Positions 55,086-63,890 of a stretch of 64,000 nt of DNA are shown here, one piece after another (the stretch's first letter is position 1; each line of letters begins with the position of its first letter). The translations under genes and the position numbers were made by a program. The DNA is taken from positions 5,761 to 69,760 of the IMG/VR virus record IMGVR_UViG_3300045284_000279. One strand, 5' to 3'. The notes beneath the pieces were generated by a model that was given only the letters and a program-made list of their open reading frames with translations, was not told the origin of the DNA and did no database searches. The DNA is from a virus.

Positions 55086-55556
55086 ATGGACGGGCAGGCG
55101 ACCGAACCGGAGCAGCAGACCATCCGCACGACGCTCGGGGCGCTCTGCGACGCGCAGAATGCGATCGACCGCCTCGCGCAGATCAAGCTCACCGACTTGC
55201 CGCCGGAAACGTCGATGAAGACGGCGTATCACATGAAGCGCCTGATCGACTTCGCGCGGAAGCACATCAGGACGTTCAACGACCTGCACGGGAAGCTGAT
55301 CAAGGAGCTTGGCGAGCCGCGCGACCCGACGACGGCCGAGCGCAGGACGAACGGTGGGCAGAAGGTGTGGCAGGTGAAGCCGGACAACGCCGATGCGTTC
55401 GTTGCGCAAGTCGGCCAGCTGCGAGAGCAGGAAGTGACGATCGCGTGGCGTCCGCTCGACCTGCGCGACCTCGGCGGAGGCGCGCAACTCAGCATCGAGG
55501 ATCTCATCCAGCTCGGCGAGCTCGTCATCATCGAGAGCAAGGTCAAGCAAAACTAG
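55086..55556 (+). CDS. hypothetical protein (possible fibre chaperone)
   Basis: AAGGAG RBS; helical; follows tail fibre. Confidence 0.55.
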   Translation: MDGQATEPEQQTIRTTLGALCDAQNAIDRLAQIKLTDLPPETSMKTAYHMKRLIDFARKHIRTFNDLHGKLIKELGEPRDPTTAERRTNGGQKVWQVKPDNADAFVAQVGQLREQEVTIAWRPLDLRDLGGGAQLSIEDLIQLGELVIIESKVKQN

Positions 55557-55572
55557 AACCCAGGGGGTCTCA

Positions 55573-55881
55573 GTGAGCAGCGAAGTCATCCCAATCACGC
55601 AGCGCACGCGCAAGGTCGACATGAAGATCTTCGTGTGGGTGATCGCAACCCAGTCGACGCTCTTCAGTCTCGGGCTCGGGTGGGCGTTCATGGAGAACGA
55701 CGTCGCCAACACCCGCGCCGCTGCGGCTGAGGCCAAAGTAGAAACCTGCAGCGCGAAGATCGACGCCATTGTGCAGAGACTCAACGACGGATCGTCCGCC
55801 GTCGGTCGCGAGCTGACGGCCCTTCAAACGGACCTCGTCTGGATCAAGCAGACGTTGGCAGGCCAGCCTCCTCGTCGATGA
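55573..55881 (+). CDS. single-TM coiled-coil protein (holin/antiholin candidate)
   Basis: IFVWVIATQSTLFSLGLGWAF then coiled coil; upstream of endolysin. Confidence 0.5.
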   Translation: MSSEVIPITQRTRKVDMKIFVWVIATQSTLFSLGLGWAFMENDVANTRAAAAEAKVETCSAKIDAIVQRLNDGSSAVGRELTALQTDLVWIKQTLAGQPPRR

Positions 55882-55887
55882 CCTTCC

Positions 55888-56655
55888 ATGGATGCGCGCA
55901 GCGGTCGCGGGAAAGCCGACCTCTACTTCCGCAACGCGGTTGCGGCAGACGTGGCGATCGGTCCAGACGAAGTGCCTGTCGTCGCCGTGCTGACGTTGAG
56001 CATGGAGCTGGTCGTCGTGTGGGATTCGATATTCCCTGCGGCAGCCGTAGAAGTCGCTTCCCGCTCGGCAGCGGGAGCGCCGAGGATCTTCGTCGCGCGC
56101 GACGAATTGTGGTTGGCATACGCAGAAGGCACGCCGGCGCAGGCGATGCTCCGCGAGGTGCGCACAGGCACTCGAGGTCCGACGCTGTCCGACCCTCGAC
56201 GTCTCGGGTTCGCCTTCGGCGCGCGGCCAGTCGGCTTCGGTGCGACGCCGGACCTGCGAGGCCTCGTCGGTTGGCAGGAACCGACGACCGGCGCGATCGA
56301 AGGTTTGTACTTGGCCTCAGGCATGTACGTGGACCTGCGACCGACGACGGAGCAGGTCGGCGGGATCTCGCGCATCGTCAACGGCTGGCCAGTGTTGGCA
56401 TCGGAAGACTACTGGCTGATCCCAGGCCTGCGGAACCCTGCGTGGGCGAACGGCTGCGTCGTCGGGGAACACGAGACGGGCATCATCTCTCGCGTATCCA
56501 ATCACGCTGGCCTCGTGTTGCCTGGGGCGTATCGCGATCCTCGCCTCGCCGCCGTGTGGGACGGCAGCTACGTCGTCGCGGCGATCGGTCCTGCGGGCTT
56601 GGCGCTCTCGCGCTTCTCTGGAGCTGAGCTGACCTATGAAGGTAGCGTCGTTTGA
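55888..56655 (+). CDS. hypothetical beta-rich protein
   Basis: coding-like frame; P.I....ELWLAY and PRLAA.WDG.YVVA propeller-like blades. Confidence 0.5.
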   Translation: MDARSGRGKADLYFRNAVAADVAIGPDEVPVVAVLTLSMELVVVWDSIFPAAAVEVASRSAAGAPRIFVARDELWLAYAEGTPAQAMLREVRTGTRGPTLSDPRRLGFAFGARPVGFGATPDLRGLVGWQEPTTGAIEGLYLASGMYVDLRPTTEQVGGISRIVNGWPVLASEDYWLIPGLRNPAWANGCVVGEHETGIISRVSNHAGLVLPGAYRDPRLAAVWDGSYVVAAIGPAGLALSRFSGAELTYEGSVV

Positions 56656-57208
56656 AGACTTCGTCGAGGCGACCTTCGAGCGCGAAGGTGACACCTACGA
56701 GGAACCTCCGAAGATCGATCAGCCGACTGGGCGCGGCGGCATCACGCTTCCAGAGTTGAAGGCCTACGTTGCCTCGAAGGGCGGCACCGCTGCTTCTGTG
56801 ACGGTGGCAACGTTGGCGAGTCTGACGCACGAGGCCGCGCGCGACGTCGTACGCTGGGCGCATCAGGATTCGCTGCATCGCTTCGGACTCGACGCGATCG
56901 ACTTCGAGCCGCTTCAGTTGCAGATGTTGGACTTCGCATACAACTCCGGCGCCCCGCTGGCGATTCGCTGGCTGCAGCGCACGCTCAACGTGCCGGTGAC
57001 TGGATCGATGGACGTGGCGACGCGCGGTGCCATCGCCATCATCACGCAGGCCGGATACGCCTTCCTGTTGAATCAAGCGGTGTGCGCGGCTCGCTTCGAG
57101 ATGATCGACGACTGGACCGACGACAAGGGTCACCCGGACAGGAAGAAGTGGGAAGAAGGTCTCGAATCGCGCGCGCTCTCGTTCTCGTTGATCGACGTCA
57201 CACATTGA
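56636..57208 (+). CDS. endolysin, GH108-like muramidase with PG-binding domain
   Basis: REG..Y...D..T..GIT, DFAYNSG, RWLQR.L.V..G, G...R. Confidence 0.75.
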   Translation: MKVASFEDFVEATFEREGDTYEEPPKIDQPTGRGGITLPELKAYVASKGGTAASVTVATLASLTHEAARDVVRWAHQDSLHRFGLDAIDFEPLQLQMLDFAYNSGAPLAIRWLQRTLNVPVTGSMDVATRGAIAIITQAGYAFLLNQAVCAARFEMIDDWTDDKGHPDRKKWEEGLESRALSFSLIDVTH

Positions 57209-57219
57209 AGGAGCAGAAG

Positions 57220-57723
57220 ATGAAGAGCAGGTTGATCGGCCCGTCCCTGTTGGTGGCTTCCGCGTCGGCGTTCGCCTTGGCCGTGGCCTTCACCGTCTCG
57301 TCGGTGGCGACGACGGCGGCGCAGGCGAATCCGTGTACGGCCGCTCCCGTTACGTCGCTCAATCCGACGACGCTGTTCGCGCAGCTTCCCGATCAGAACG
57401 TGAACGAGGCCGACGGGCAACCTCGCGTCACTGACTATCAGTTTGCCTACTTCACCTCGCCCGTGGCGACCGTGCCGATCCTGCCGGCGGTGACCGTCGC
57501 GAAGTCGGCATTTACGTTGGTCGCAGGGACGCAGGACTGTTACCGCGCAGCCCTGCCGGCAACGCTTCCGACCGTCCTCGGCACGGCCGTCGGCGGCCTG
57601 AAGACCCACCGTGCCGCGCGCACGGGCCTACCGGAAGCGGAGTCGGCCTTCACGATCAGCAACCCTTTCGGAACCGCTCCGTCTGTGCTGGCGGCACCGG
57701 GGCGAGTGGTAATCAGCCAGTAA
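57220..57723 (+). CDS. secreted protein (Ig/FN3-like)
   Basis: AAGGAG RBS; long signal peptide ending AQA; ES..S...P.APG. Confidence 0.55.
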   Translation: MKSRLIGPSLLVASASAFALAVAFTVSSVATTAAQANPCTAAPVTSLNPTTLFAQLPDQNVNEADGQPRVTDYQFAYFTSPVATVPILPAVTVAKSAFTLVAGTQDCYRAALPATLPTVLGTAVGGLKTHRAARTGLPEAESAFTISNPFGTAPSVLAAPGRVVISQ

Positions 57724-57731
57724 CGGTCCTC

Positions 57732-58028
57732 GTGCTCGACTTCGATCCGACCACGCGCCGCAGCGATCCGAACGGCGCACTCGTGCGCTTCGACGCATCG
57801 AGCGATCAGCCGATCGTGCGCGTCGACCTCGACCTCGAAGGCGACGGCGAGCCGCCGATTCAGGTGAGCTTCTCGGTCGGCCTTGGCTTCGACGGTCGCT
57901 ACGTGCGAGGCCTCGCGTTCAAGCCGACTGTGAACGGCACGTGGCCGCTCGTCGTGACGGCGTACGATGCGCTCGGCAGGTCAGGCGTCGCGCGCTGCGA
58001 GCCAGGCATGACGGTCACCATCTTCTGA
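57732..58028 (+). CDS. Ig-like small protein
   Basis: G.W.L.VTAYD..G. Confidence 0.5.
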   Translation: MLDFDPTTRRSDPNGALVRFDASSDQPIVRVDLDLEGDGEPPIQVSFSVGLGFDGRYVRGLAFKPTVNGTWPLVVTAYDALGRSGVARCEPGMTVTIF

Positions 58029-58035
58029 GGCTGCG

Positions 58036-60210
58036 ATGCGATTCAACGTGTTCGGCAACGCCGGAGCAGGGATCGACGAGACGATCTCGATCGACAAGTC
58101 TGCCGTGGCCAAGGGCAGCGGATCGTCCGTCGGTCCCTGTTGGTTGACGCCCGAGCGGTTGCTCTACCGCGATCAGCACGATGCGCTCGCCGTGTACGTG
58201 AAGACGACCGGCGCCTATGAGCTCGTCGATCCGCGCGGCGCGAACGACTTCAGGGCGAACGGCGGAGTCTTCGCCGCCTACCTCGATCGTCCGTCGCCGA
58301 TCGTCTACGGACCAAACTTCACGATCGCTGGCGCCTCGCTCGCCGACGTCGGTCCAGACGGTGCGATCGCCTACTGCCCACGACAACAGGACGGTGTGCC
58401 GATCGTCGTGCGCGACGGCGTCGAAGAGTGGACGCTGACGACTGAACCTGCTCGCGTCGTGCAACTGCTCGGCGGTCGACGTGCGATCTGGTTGGACGGT
58501 GCCGGCACGATCAGGGCGGTCGGCCTGCCGCAGCCGGTTCAGGTCGGACCTGCGAACGATCCGAGGGCGGCAGAGCTGAACGGCGTGCTCTACCTCCAAT
58601 ACTGGGTGATGCCGGACGGGCCGCTCGTCCTGCACCCGTGGCATACGACCTTGGGGAAGGCCCTCCATTCAGCCCCAGACGCGTTCAAGGCGGATCTGGC
58701 AGGCGTAAGCGGGCGCCTGCTCTCAGGCTGGTCCTCCGGTCAGGGAGAGCGTCCAGAGCAGGTCTTCACGACGAGCACGGATCCGGCCGAGCTAACGAAC
58801 GACCTGCAACCGAACGAATCGATTCCTGCGATCGGGCGCAGGATGTGGGTGTCGTGGTTCGTGGGCAGTCCGCAGGCCTCTGGCGGTTGGTATACCGACG
58901 TGCCGTGGCAGCGCACGCCCGGCAACTCTCGCATCACCGTCGGCGAACCGAACCTGTGGCAGGACGCACAGGATCGCGTCATCGGGATCTTCGTCGAAGG
59001 TCGCCCGTCGGATTCCAACTCGGACGACATCGATCGAGCGATTGACGCGGCCGCGCGCTTCTACAAGATTTCAGTCATGGGCTACTGGCCTCGTCGCGCG
59101 CAGTCGGTGCGCGTGCCGGTCGGCGCGAAGTGGATCGGCGTCGAGGTCTATTGGAAGCTCGGCGAATCACTCGCGCAGCTGGAAGCTGCGGCCGACTCGG
59201 CGATCGAGGCCTGTCGAATCCTCGACCTGCCGGTCGTGCTCATCCCGCAGGCCTTCACGTCGAACGACAGCCTCCAGAAAGACCTGCGACCGATCGTCGG
59301 TCTGACGGCGAAGCTCGCGCGCAAGCACGCCAACGTCGTCGGCCTTGCGCCGTTCAACGGCACTGGCCGCGACACAGGTCTGTTGTCCCTGCACGGCCAC
59401 CCCGAAGTCGAAGGCCTCTGGCGCTCGCTGCTCGCAGGCGTGCCCGGTCCACCGGAGATCGACTCGGCACCTGCTCCGCCCGTGGCGCCGACGGCGATGA
59501 TCGCGTCCTACGACGCGAGCGCCGACGTCGATCAGCCGGTGCACGCCAACGCGATCGTCTCGGGCGACGTGACGCGCTTGGTCTGGCGCTACAGGTTGCT
59601 CGGCACCATCTCGTGGGTCGCGGCAGGATCGGATACGGGGCTGTCGTTCACGTATCGCTTTCACGTGCCAGGCAGCTACGAGATCTCGCTGCGCGTCGAA
59701 GGTCCGGCCGGGCGTGCCGAGACGACGAGGCAGTGCCTCGTGCAGATCACGTCAGCTCCGATCGTGTCACCGTTTCCGTTGATTTACCCGTATAGAATTG
59801 GGGGCAGCATGCAGACCGAACGTGGAGGACTGCGAGGCGCACGCGGGAAGTTCGTGCGCCTCGATTCGACGAAGCCAGGCAAGGGATTGTTCGAGGGCTA
59901 TCCCGTGCTCGTCGACGCCGAAGACGCGACGGGCGACGCCGAGTGGGAGCTGTCGCAGCCGGACGGACGCTTCACGTTGACGCACGTGAAGACCGGCGCG
60001 ATCCTCGGGATGGATGCGACGCAGTTCAGCGCGGACCTCACCAAGCAGTACTACACGCGTCCGCCCGACAAACGCGGCGGGTACGAGTCGCCGCAGGTCG
60101 GTCGCCTGCCGAGCGGCACAGTGATCGCGTTCGTCGAATACGATTCGGACGAGCACGGCAACCCCGCGCACTTCCTCGCCGCGCCGCTCGTGTGGGAGAA
60201 GGCGTCGTGA
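58036..60210 (+). CDS. multidomain protein (propeller-like N-terminus, PKD-like Ig, C-terminal beta domain)
   Basis: F.Y.F..PG.YEISL.V.GP.G PKD motif after a Pro-rich linker. Confidence 0.55.
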   Translation: MRFNVFGNAGAGIDETISIDKSAVAKGSGSSVGPCWLTPERLLYRDQHDALAVYVKTTGAYELVDPRGANDFRANGGVFAAYLDRPSPIVYGPNFTIAGASLADVGPDGAIAYCPRQQDGVPIVVRDGVEEWTLTTEPARVVQLLGGRRAIWLDGAGTIRAVGLPQPVQVGPANDPRAAELNGVLYLQYWVMPDGPLVLHPWHTTLGKALHSAPDAFKADLAGVSGRLLSGWSSGQGERPEQVFTTSTDPAELTNDLQPNESIPAIGRRMWVSWFVGSPQASGGWYTDVPWQRTPGNSRITVGEPNLWQDAQDRVIGIFVEGRPSDSNSDDIDRAIDAAARFYKISVMGYWPRRAQSVRVPVGAKWIGVEVYWKLGESLAQLEAAADSAIEACRILDLPVVLIPQAFTSNDSLQKDLRPIVGLTAKLARKHANVVGLAPFNGTGRDTGLLSLHGHPEVEGLWRSLLAGVPGPPEIDSAPAPPVAPTAMIASYDASADVDQPVHANAIVSGDVTRLVWRYRLLGTISWVAAGSDTGLSFTYRFHVPGSYEISLRVEGPAGRAETTRQCLVQITSAPIVSPFPLIYPYRIGGSMQTERGGLRGARGKFVRLDSTKPGKGLFEGYPVLVDAEDATGDAEWELSQPDGRFTLTHVKTGAILGMDATQFSADLTKQYYTRPPDKRGGYESPQVGRLPSGTVIAFVEYDSDEHGNPAHFLAAPLVWEKAS

Positions 60211-61271
60211 GCCTCAGCGATACGGTGCCGCTCATTCGACCGTATCGGATCTCGGGCGGTCGTGGCGCAGCGAACTTCCCGTGGACGCCTGACCGTCGCA
60301 TCTGGCGCGACGCCGACGGTCAGCCCGTGCGCTGGAGAGGCTTGACGGGCTTCAAGGCCGGCGAGATCTTCAGCGGAGGCAACCTCGCGCGCCTCGCCGA
60401 TTGGCTCGGGCACTTCGACGACATGAACTACAACGTCGTCCGCCTCTTCGCCCACGCCGTCGGACCCGGGTGGGAAGTCGAAGGGTGGGAGACCGTTCCA
60501 GACGATGCCCTGATCGACTGCGTGAAGTGGTTCGGCGACCTCGGCTACGGCGTCGAATACGTGCTGCTCACCGACGACGCGTCGGCACGCATCCCGACAG
60601 CGCTGCGACAGATCGGTGCGTGCGTCTCGGCGAGGTTACTGCTGCCGAACCTCTTTCTCCAAGGCGGGAACGAGCCGACGACGCACAAGGCCATTGATAC
60701 GCAGGCGCTGCACCTCGCCCTGCGGGCGAGCGGCTTCAACTACTGCAGCGGAGACTTCGAGGATCCGACGCGGTGGTTCGGCAGCTACTTCACGGTGCAT
60801 ACGCCGCGCGACGGCGAGTGGCCGCGCAAGTCGAAAGACCTGATGGACTACTTCGGCGGCAACACCGGCACGACCGCGTCGGCCTTCAACGCGCCGGGCG
60901 TCGCCGACGAGCCGCAGCGTCCAGACGCAGCTGGCGCTCCGTCACCCGAAGCCAAGCGCCAGGACTTCTACGCCTACGCGGCGATTGCGTCGCTCTTCGG
61001 CGCCGGTGCCACCTTCCACTCGAAGCTGGCAGAGTACATCCAGATGCCGACGGAAGAAGACGTGGCCTGTGCGCAGTCGTTCTCCGACGGGCTGTCGGTC
61101 TTCCCTGCCGATGCGCCGAACGGTGCGTATCGTCGCATCGACGAGAACGGCGCGACCCTGCGAACCTACATCGTCGGGAACTACATGGTGCGTGCACGTC
61201 CGACGACGATGTCTGCTCCAGAGCCGGGGTGGCAGCCGCTCGACACGATGGGGATCTGCTGGCGGCGATGA
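60207..61271 (+). CDS. GH-A clan (GH5-like) TIM-barrel glycoside hydrolase
   Basis: YNVVRLF, GNEP (acid/base), H.PR, DEP (nucleophile), TFHS. Confidence 0.6.
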   Translation: MSLSDTVPLIRPYRISGGRGAANFPWTPDRRIWRDADGQPVRWRGLTGFKAGEIFSGGNLARLADWLGHFDDMNYNVVRLFAHAVGPGWEVEGWETVPDDALIDCVKWFGDLGYGVEYVLLTDDASARIPTALRQIGACVSARLLLPNLFLQGGNEPTTHKAIDTQALHLALRASGFNYCSGDFEDPTRWFGSYFTVHTPRDGEWPRKSKDLMDYFGGNTGTTASAFNAPGVADEPQRPDAAGAPSPEAKRQDFYAYAAIASLFGAGATFHSKLAEYIQMPTEEDVACAQSFSDGLSVFPADAPNGAYRRIDENGATLRTYIVGNYMVRARPTTMSAPEPGWQPLDTMGICWRR

Positions 61272-61288
61272 CGGAGTCTGGAGGACTG

Positions 61289-61579
61289 ATGAGCGACGAT
61301 CACGACGATCCTTCCGATCGGGAAGTCGTCGACTGGACGAGCCTTCGCGTCGATCTGCGAACGATGATCAGCGTGCTGGTCTTCGTAGGCTCTATGACGG
61401 CACTGTACTTCGGGCTCTCGGCGAAGATCGACTTGCAGAGCCAGGCCATCGAAGAGCAGCGCAAGCAAATTGCGGTGCTGTCGGCAAAGCTCGACACGGC
61501 TGAACAGGCTAACCGCGCACATGAGCGCGCGCTGATCGAGCTGACCGTCACGCTTCGCACGAAAGGTGTCATCAGATGA
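61289..61579 (+). CDS. single-TM coiled-coil protein
   Basis: GGAGGA RBS; ISVLVFVGSMTALYFGL then coiled coil. Confidence 0.55.
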   Translation: MSDDHDDPSDREVVDWTSLRVDLRTMISVLVFVGSMTALYFGLSAKIDLQSQAIEEQRKQIAVLSAKLDTAEQANRAHERALIELTVTLRTKGVIR

Positions 61580-61869
61580 ACCGCGTGCTCGTCCTCGCCC
61601 TCACTGCCGTTGCCTTGGTCCTGTGGCTTACCGGCATCGCCGTGCTCGCCGCGGCCTTGCAGCAGCCGCCTCAGATTCCTGTGAAGTGTCCGTCGTGTTC
61701 GCTCGTGAAGATCATCCCCGCGTCGGCGTCGGGCCTGCAACCTTCCGCCGTCGTCGTGTTGTGGGATGCGCCGGAAGAGACGCAACTGTGCGCGGAGGTG
61801 CAGGCCGGTCCGACGCCGTGCCGGTCTGCGAAGGAATTCCGCGAGTGGGTGAAGTCCCACCCGAGATGA
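61576..61869 (+). CDS. membrane-anchored Cys protein
   Basis: N-terminal TM segment; 4 Cys. Confidence 0.5.
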   Translation: MNRVLVLALTAVALVLWLTGIAVLAAALQQPPQIPVKCPSCSLVKIIPASASGLQPSAVVVLWDAPEETQLCAEVQAGPTPCRSAKEFREWVKSHPR

Positions 61870-61882
61870 AGGAGGAGTGAGG

Positions 61883-62185
61883 ATGGGCAATCCGTTACTC
61901 GTCGAAGCGCTCGGCGCGATCCTGCGCCACTTCTTGAGCGCAGGTGCCGTGTGGTTCGTCGCGCACGGCATCTGGAAGTCGAGCGAGGCCGAGAACTACG
62001 TGTCGGGCCTCGCGCTGTTCCTGCTCGCCGTCGGCTGGTCGATCTGGCAGAAGTACGGCATGAGGTCGAAGCTCGTCGTCGCGCTCTCGACGGCATCGGC
62101 GATGACGGAGCAGGAAGCAGCGACGGCGAGTCGATCTCCGGTCGCACCTTCGGTGATGACGCCGAAGGATCAGGTTCCAAAGTGA
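61883..62185 (+). CDS. holin-like protein
   Basis: two TM helices, LRH.L...A...V..G and WSIWQK. Confidence 0.6.
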   Translation: MGNPLLVEALGAILRHFLSAGAVWFVAHGIWKSSEAENYVSGLALFLLAVGWSIWQKYGMRSKLVVALSTASAMTEQEAATASRSPVAPSVMTPKDQVPK

Positions 62186-62202
62186 AGGAGGAGGCAGCAG
62201 AC

Positions 62203-62688
62203 ATGCGAAGAAGGAAGTTCACAGCCAACGGTGTCGCGGCGATGCTCGTCGCTGCAATGTTCTTGCCCGCGTGTGCGAGCAGCAACACGCCGCCGCAGAC
62301 GCAGGTCGCGCACTACACGTCGAACGTGCTCGACGCGGCGACGGAGTTGCAGAAGGGCATCACCGCCGCGACCGACGCGAAGGTGTTGCCGGTCGACGTC
62401 GCGCGCACGCTCACCGGCTACTCCGAGGTTATCTACGCCAAGAGCGGTCCACTGCTCGCCGCGCTGAAGGCCTACAACGCCACGGCGACAGGCGATGTGC
62501 TCCACGTCAAGAGTGCCGCCGACGTGCAGAAGTTGATCGGCGAGATCAACGCGACGGTCGGTCAACTTCTCGGCACAGCGATCCCGCAGGGTGCGCTCTC
62601 GCAGATCTCGCAACTGGTCGGAAACGTGATGAGCGCAGTCGGTGCCGTGCAGGCCGAAGTCGCGCGCGGACTCGGAGGTGGAAAGTGA
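62203..62688 (+). CDS. lipoprotein (spanin candidate)
   Basis: MRRRK...AMFLPA/C lipobox; helical. Confidence 0.55.
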   Translation: MRRRKFTANGVAAMLVAAMFLPACASSNTPPQTQVAHYTSNVLDAATELQKGITAATDAKVLPVDVARTLTGYSEVIYAKSGPLLAALKAYNATATGDVLHVKSAADVQKLIGEINATVGQLLGTAIPQGALSQISQLVGNVMSAVGAVQAEVARGLGGGK

Positions 62689-62957
62689 CGCCGCCCAAGG
62701 AACCCACGAAGGTCGAGAGCGCGCTTGCTGATGCGAACGCGATACTCGCGCAGTTCATTCCGCTCGTCGGCCTGATCGGCACGTCGTCGCGTGCCGTGAT
62801 AGCGCTGCTGCGCGCGCACGGCAAGGTCGGCGAGGCCGAAGCCTTCGAGGCGGAGCTGGCGGCTGCAGAGGCGTCGCGCGCGAAGCTCGGTGACGCGATC
62901 GCCGACTTCCACAGGAAGTACGACGCTGGCAGGACGGAACCGCCGGCGCAGGAGTAA
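62685..62957 (+). CDS. hypothetical protein
   Basis: GGAGG RBS, GTGA overlap; last gene of the late operon. Confidence 0.5.
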   Translation: MTPPKEPTKVESALADANAILAQFIPLVGLIGTSSRAVIALLRAHGKVGEAEAFEAELAAAEASRAKLGDAIADFHRKYDAGRTEPPAQE

Positions 62958-63092
62958 AAGAGCGGGCCTGCGGGAAGTCCTGCCGCAGGCCTGCCCGGCT
63001 CCCTGTAAGACGGCCTTCCGTGAGCTCCGCCAGAACCGCGTGAATTCGAGGCTGTTTTCGCGAGGTCGATCCGACTGACTTTACTTCGCAAA

Positions 63093-63141
63093 GCGGCTCT
63101 AAACTGTTGCAATTCGATAGTTTAGAGCCGCACGTTTTTTT
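63093..63141 (+). terminator. intrinsic terminator-like hairpin
   Basis: perfect 13-bp inverted repeat GCGGCTCTAAACT / AGTTTAGAGCCGC followed by ACG and T7. Confidence 0.7.
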
Positions 63142-63143
63142 CC

Positions 63144-63174
63144 TTTACACTTGAGACCGCATCTATATTAAGAT
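63144..63174 (+). promoter_or_regulatory. putative sigma70-type promoter
   Basis: TTTACA followed by TATATT/TAAGAT in the most AT-rich patch; spacing non-ideal. Confidence 0.45.
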
Positions 63175-63179
63175 GGTCA

Positions 63180-63880
63180 TCACGGCGGCGTTCGAAGGAA
63201 GACCAAAGCGGGCTCGTTGAAAATTGAATCAGGACCTGGCCAGCTGAAAGGTGCTCTCGGGCAGGCGACCTGATAACGGACGGGGCGGCAGGGTAAGACC
63301 GGTCCCGTACGACGCTCGCGGCTCTCGGGTCAACCCACCAGCTTTGCTCCTGCAAAGCGCGACCCTACGCAGGCCGCATCCACCCCAACAGGTCAAAGGC
63401 TAAGCCGCCGCAAGGCGGTCGAAGGCACGAAGGGCAACTTCGCTGGGGTCATCAGGCACGAATCGAATCCGCAGGACTAGCAATCGAACGCCGCAAGGCA
63501 GCAGTCCGGCGCAGGTCGATTCGGGAGACTGGTGACCAGCAAGCCAAGGCGCTCGCACGAATCGTGACCGAGGAAGCTCTGATCGACAGCGGGCAGGATG
63601 GCGCGCCGTAAGACGGTGACATGACGTGAGCGGACAACGACGAACGCAGGCGAGGGAGCCTGCCAAACGGGACGACATCTGCACGAAAGGACGGTCGGAC
63701 CTGCAACGCGGACGGCGATGATCATGCCGATGCGTTCGTCGAAGAAAAGTAAGAGCTGAAACGAGCCGGGCGCGCGAAAGCCCGCCCGGACGTTCAGCAA
63801 AGGATTGCGCAGGCGCAGGTCGCCGTCGAATCCTTTGCCGAGCGGTCAACCCAAACCGCGGCCGTTGCGCCGCACGAAGC
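63180..63880 (+). ncRNA. candidate large structured non-coding RNA (~700 nt)
   Basis: no + strand ORF >=60 aa; many nested stems and GNRA tetraloops (see findings); family not recognised. Confidence 0.6.
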
Positions 63881-63890
63881 GAGGGTCACG

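Noticed and set aside
63093-63131. GTTTAGAGC similarity to the start of type II CRISPR repeats
   Set aside because: Single short match within an inverted repeat; no array and no cas genes
63567-63582. GAGGAAGCTC resembling the RNase P GAGGAAAGUCC motif; TCCACC at 63379 resembling a tmRNA/tRNA 3' end
   Set aside because: Partial matches only; partner conserved elements and cloverleaf arms were not found
63400-63849. Minus-strand ORFs over the terminal non-coding region
   Set aside because: Arg/Pro-rich off-frame-like composition, no RBS, opposite to the genome-wide gene orientation
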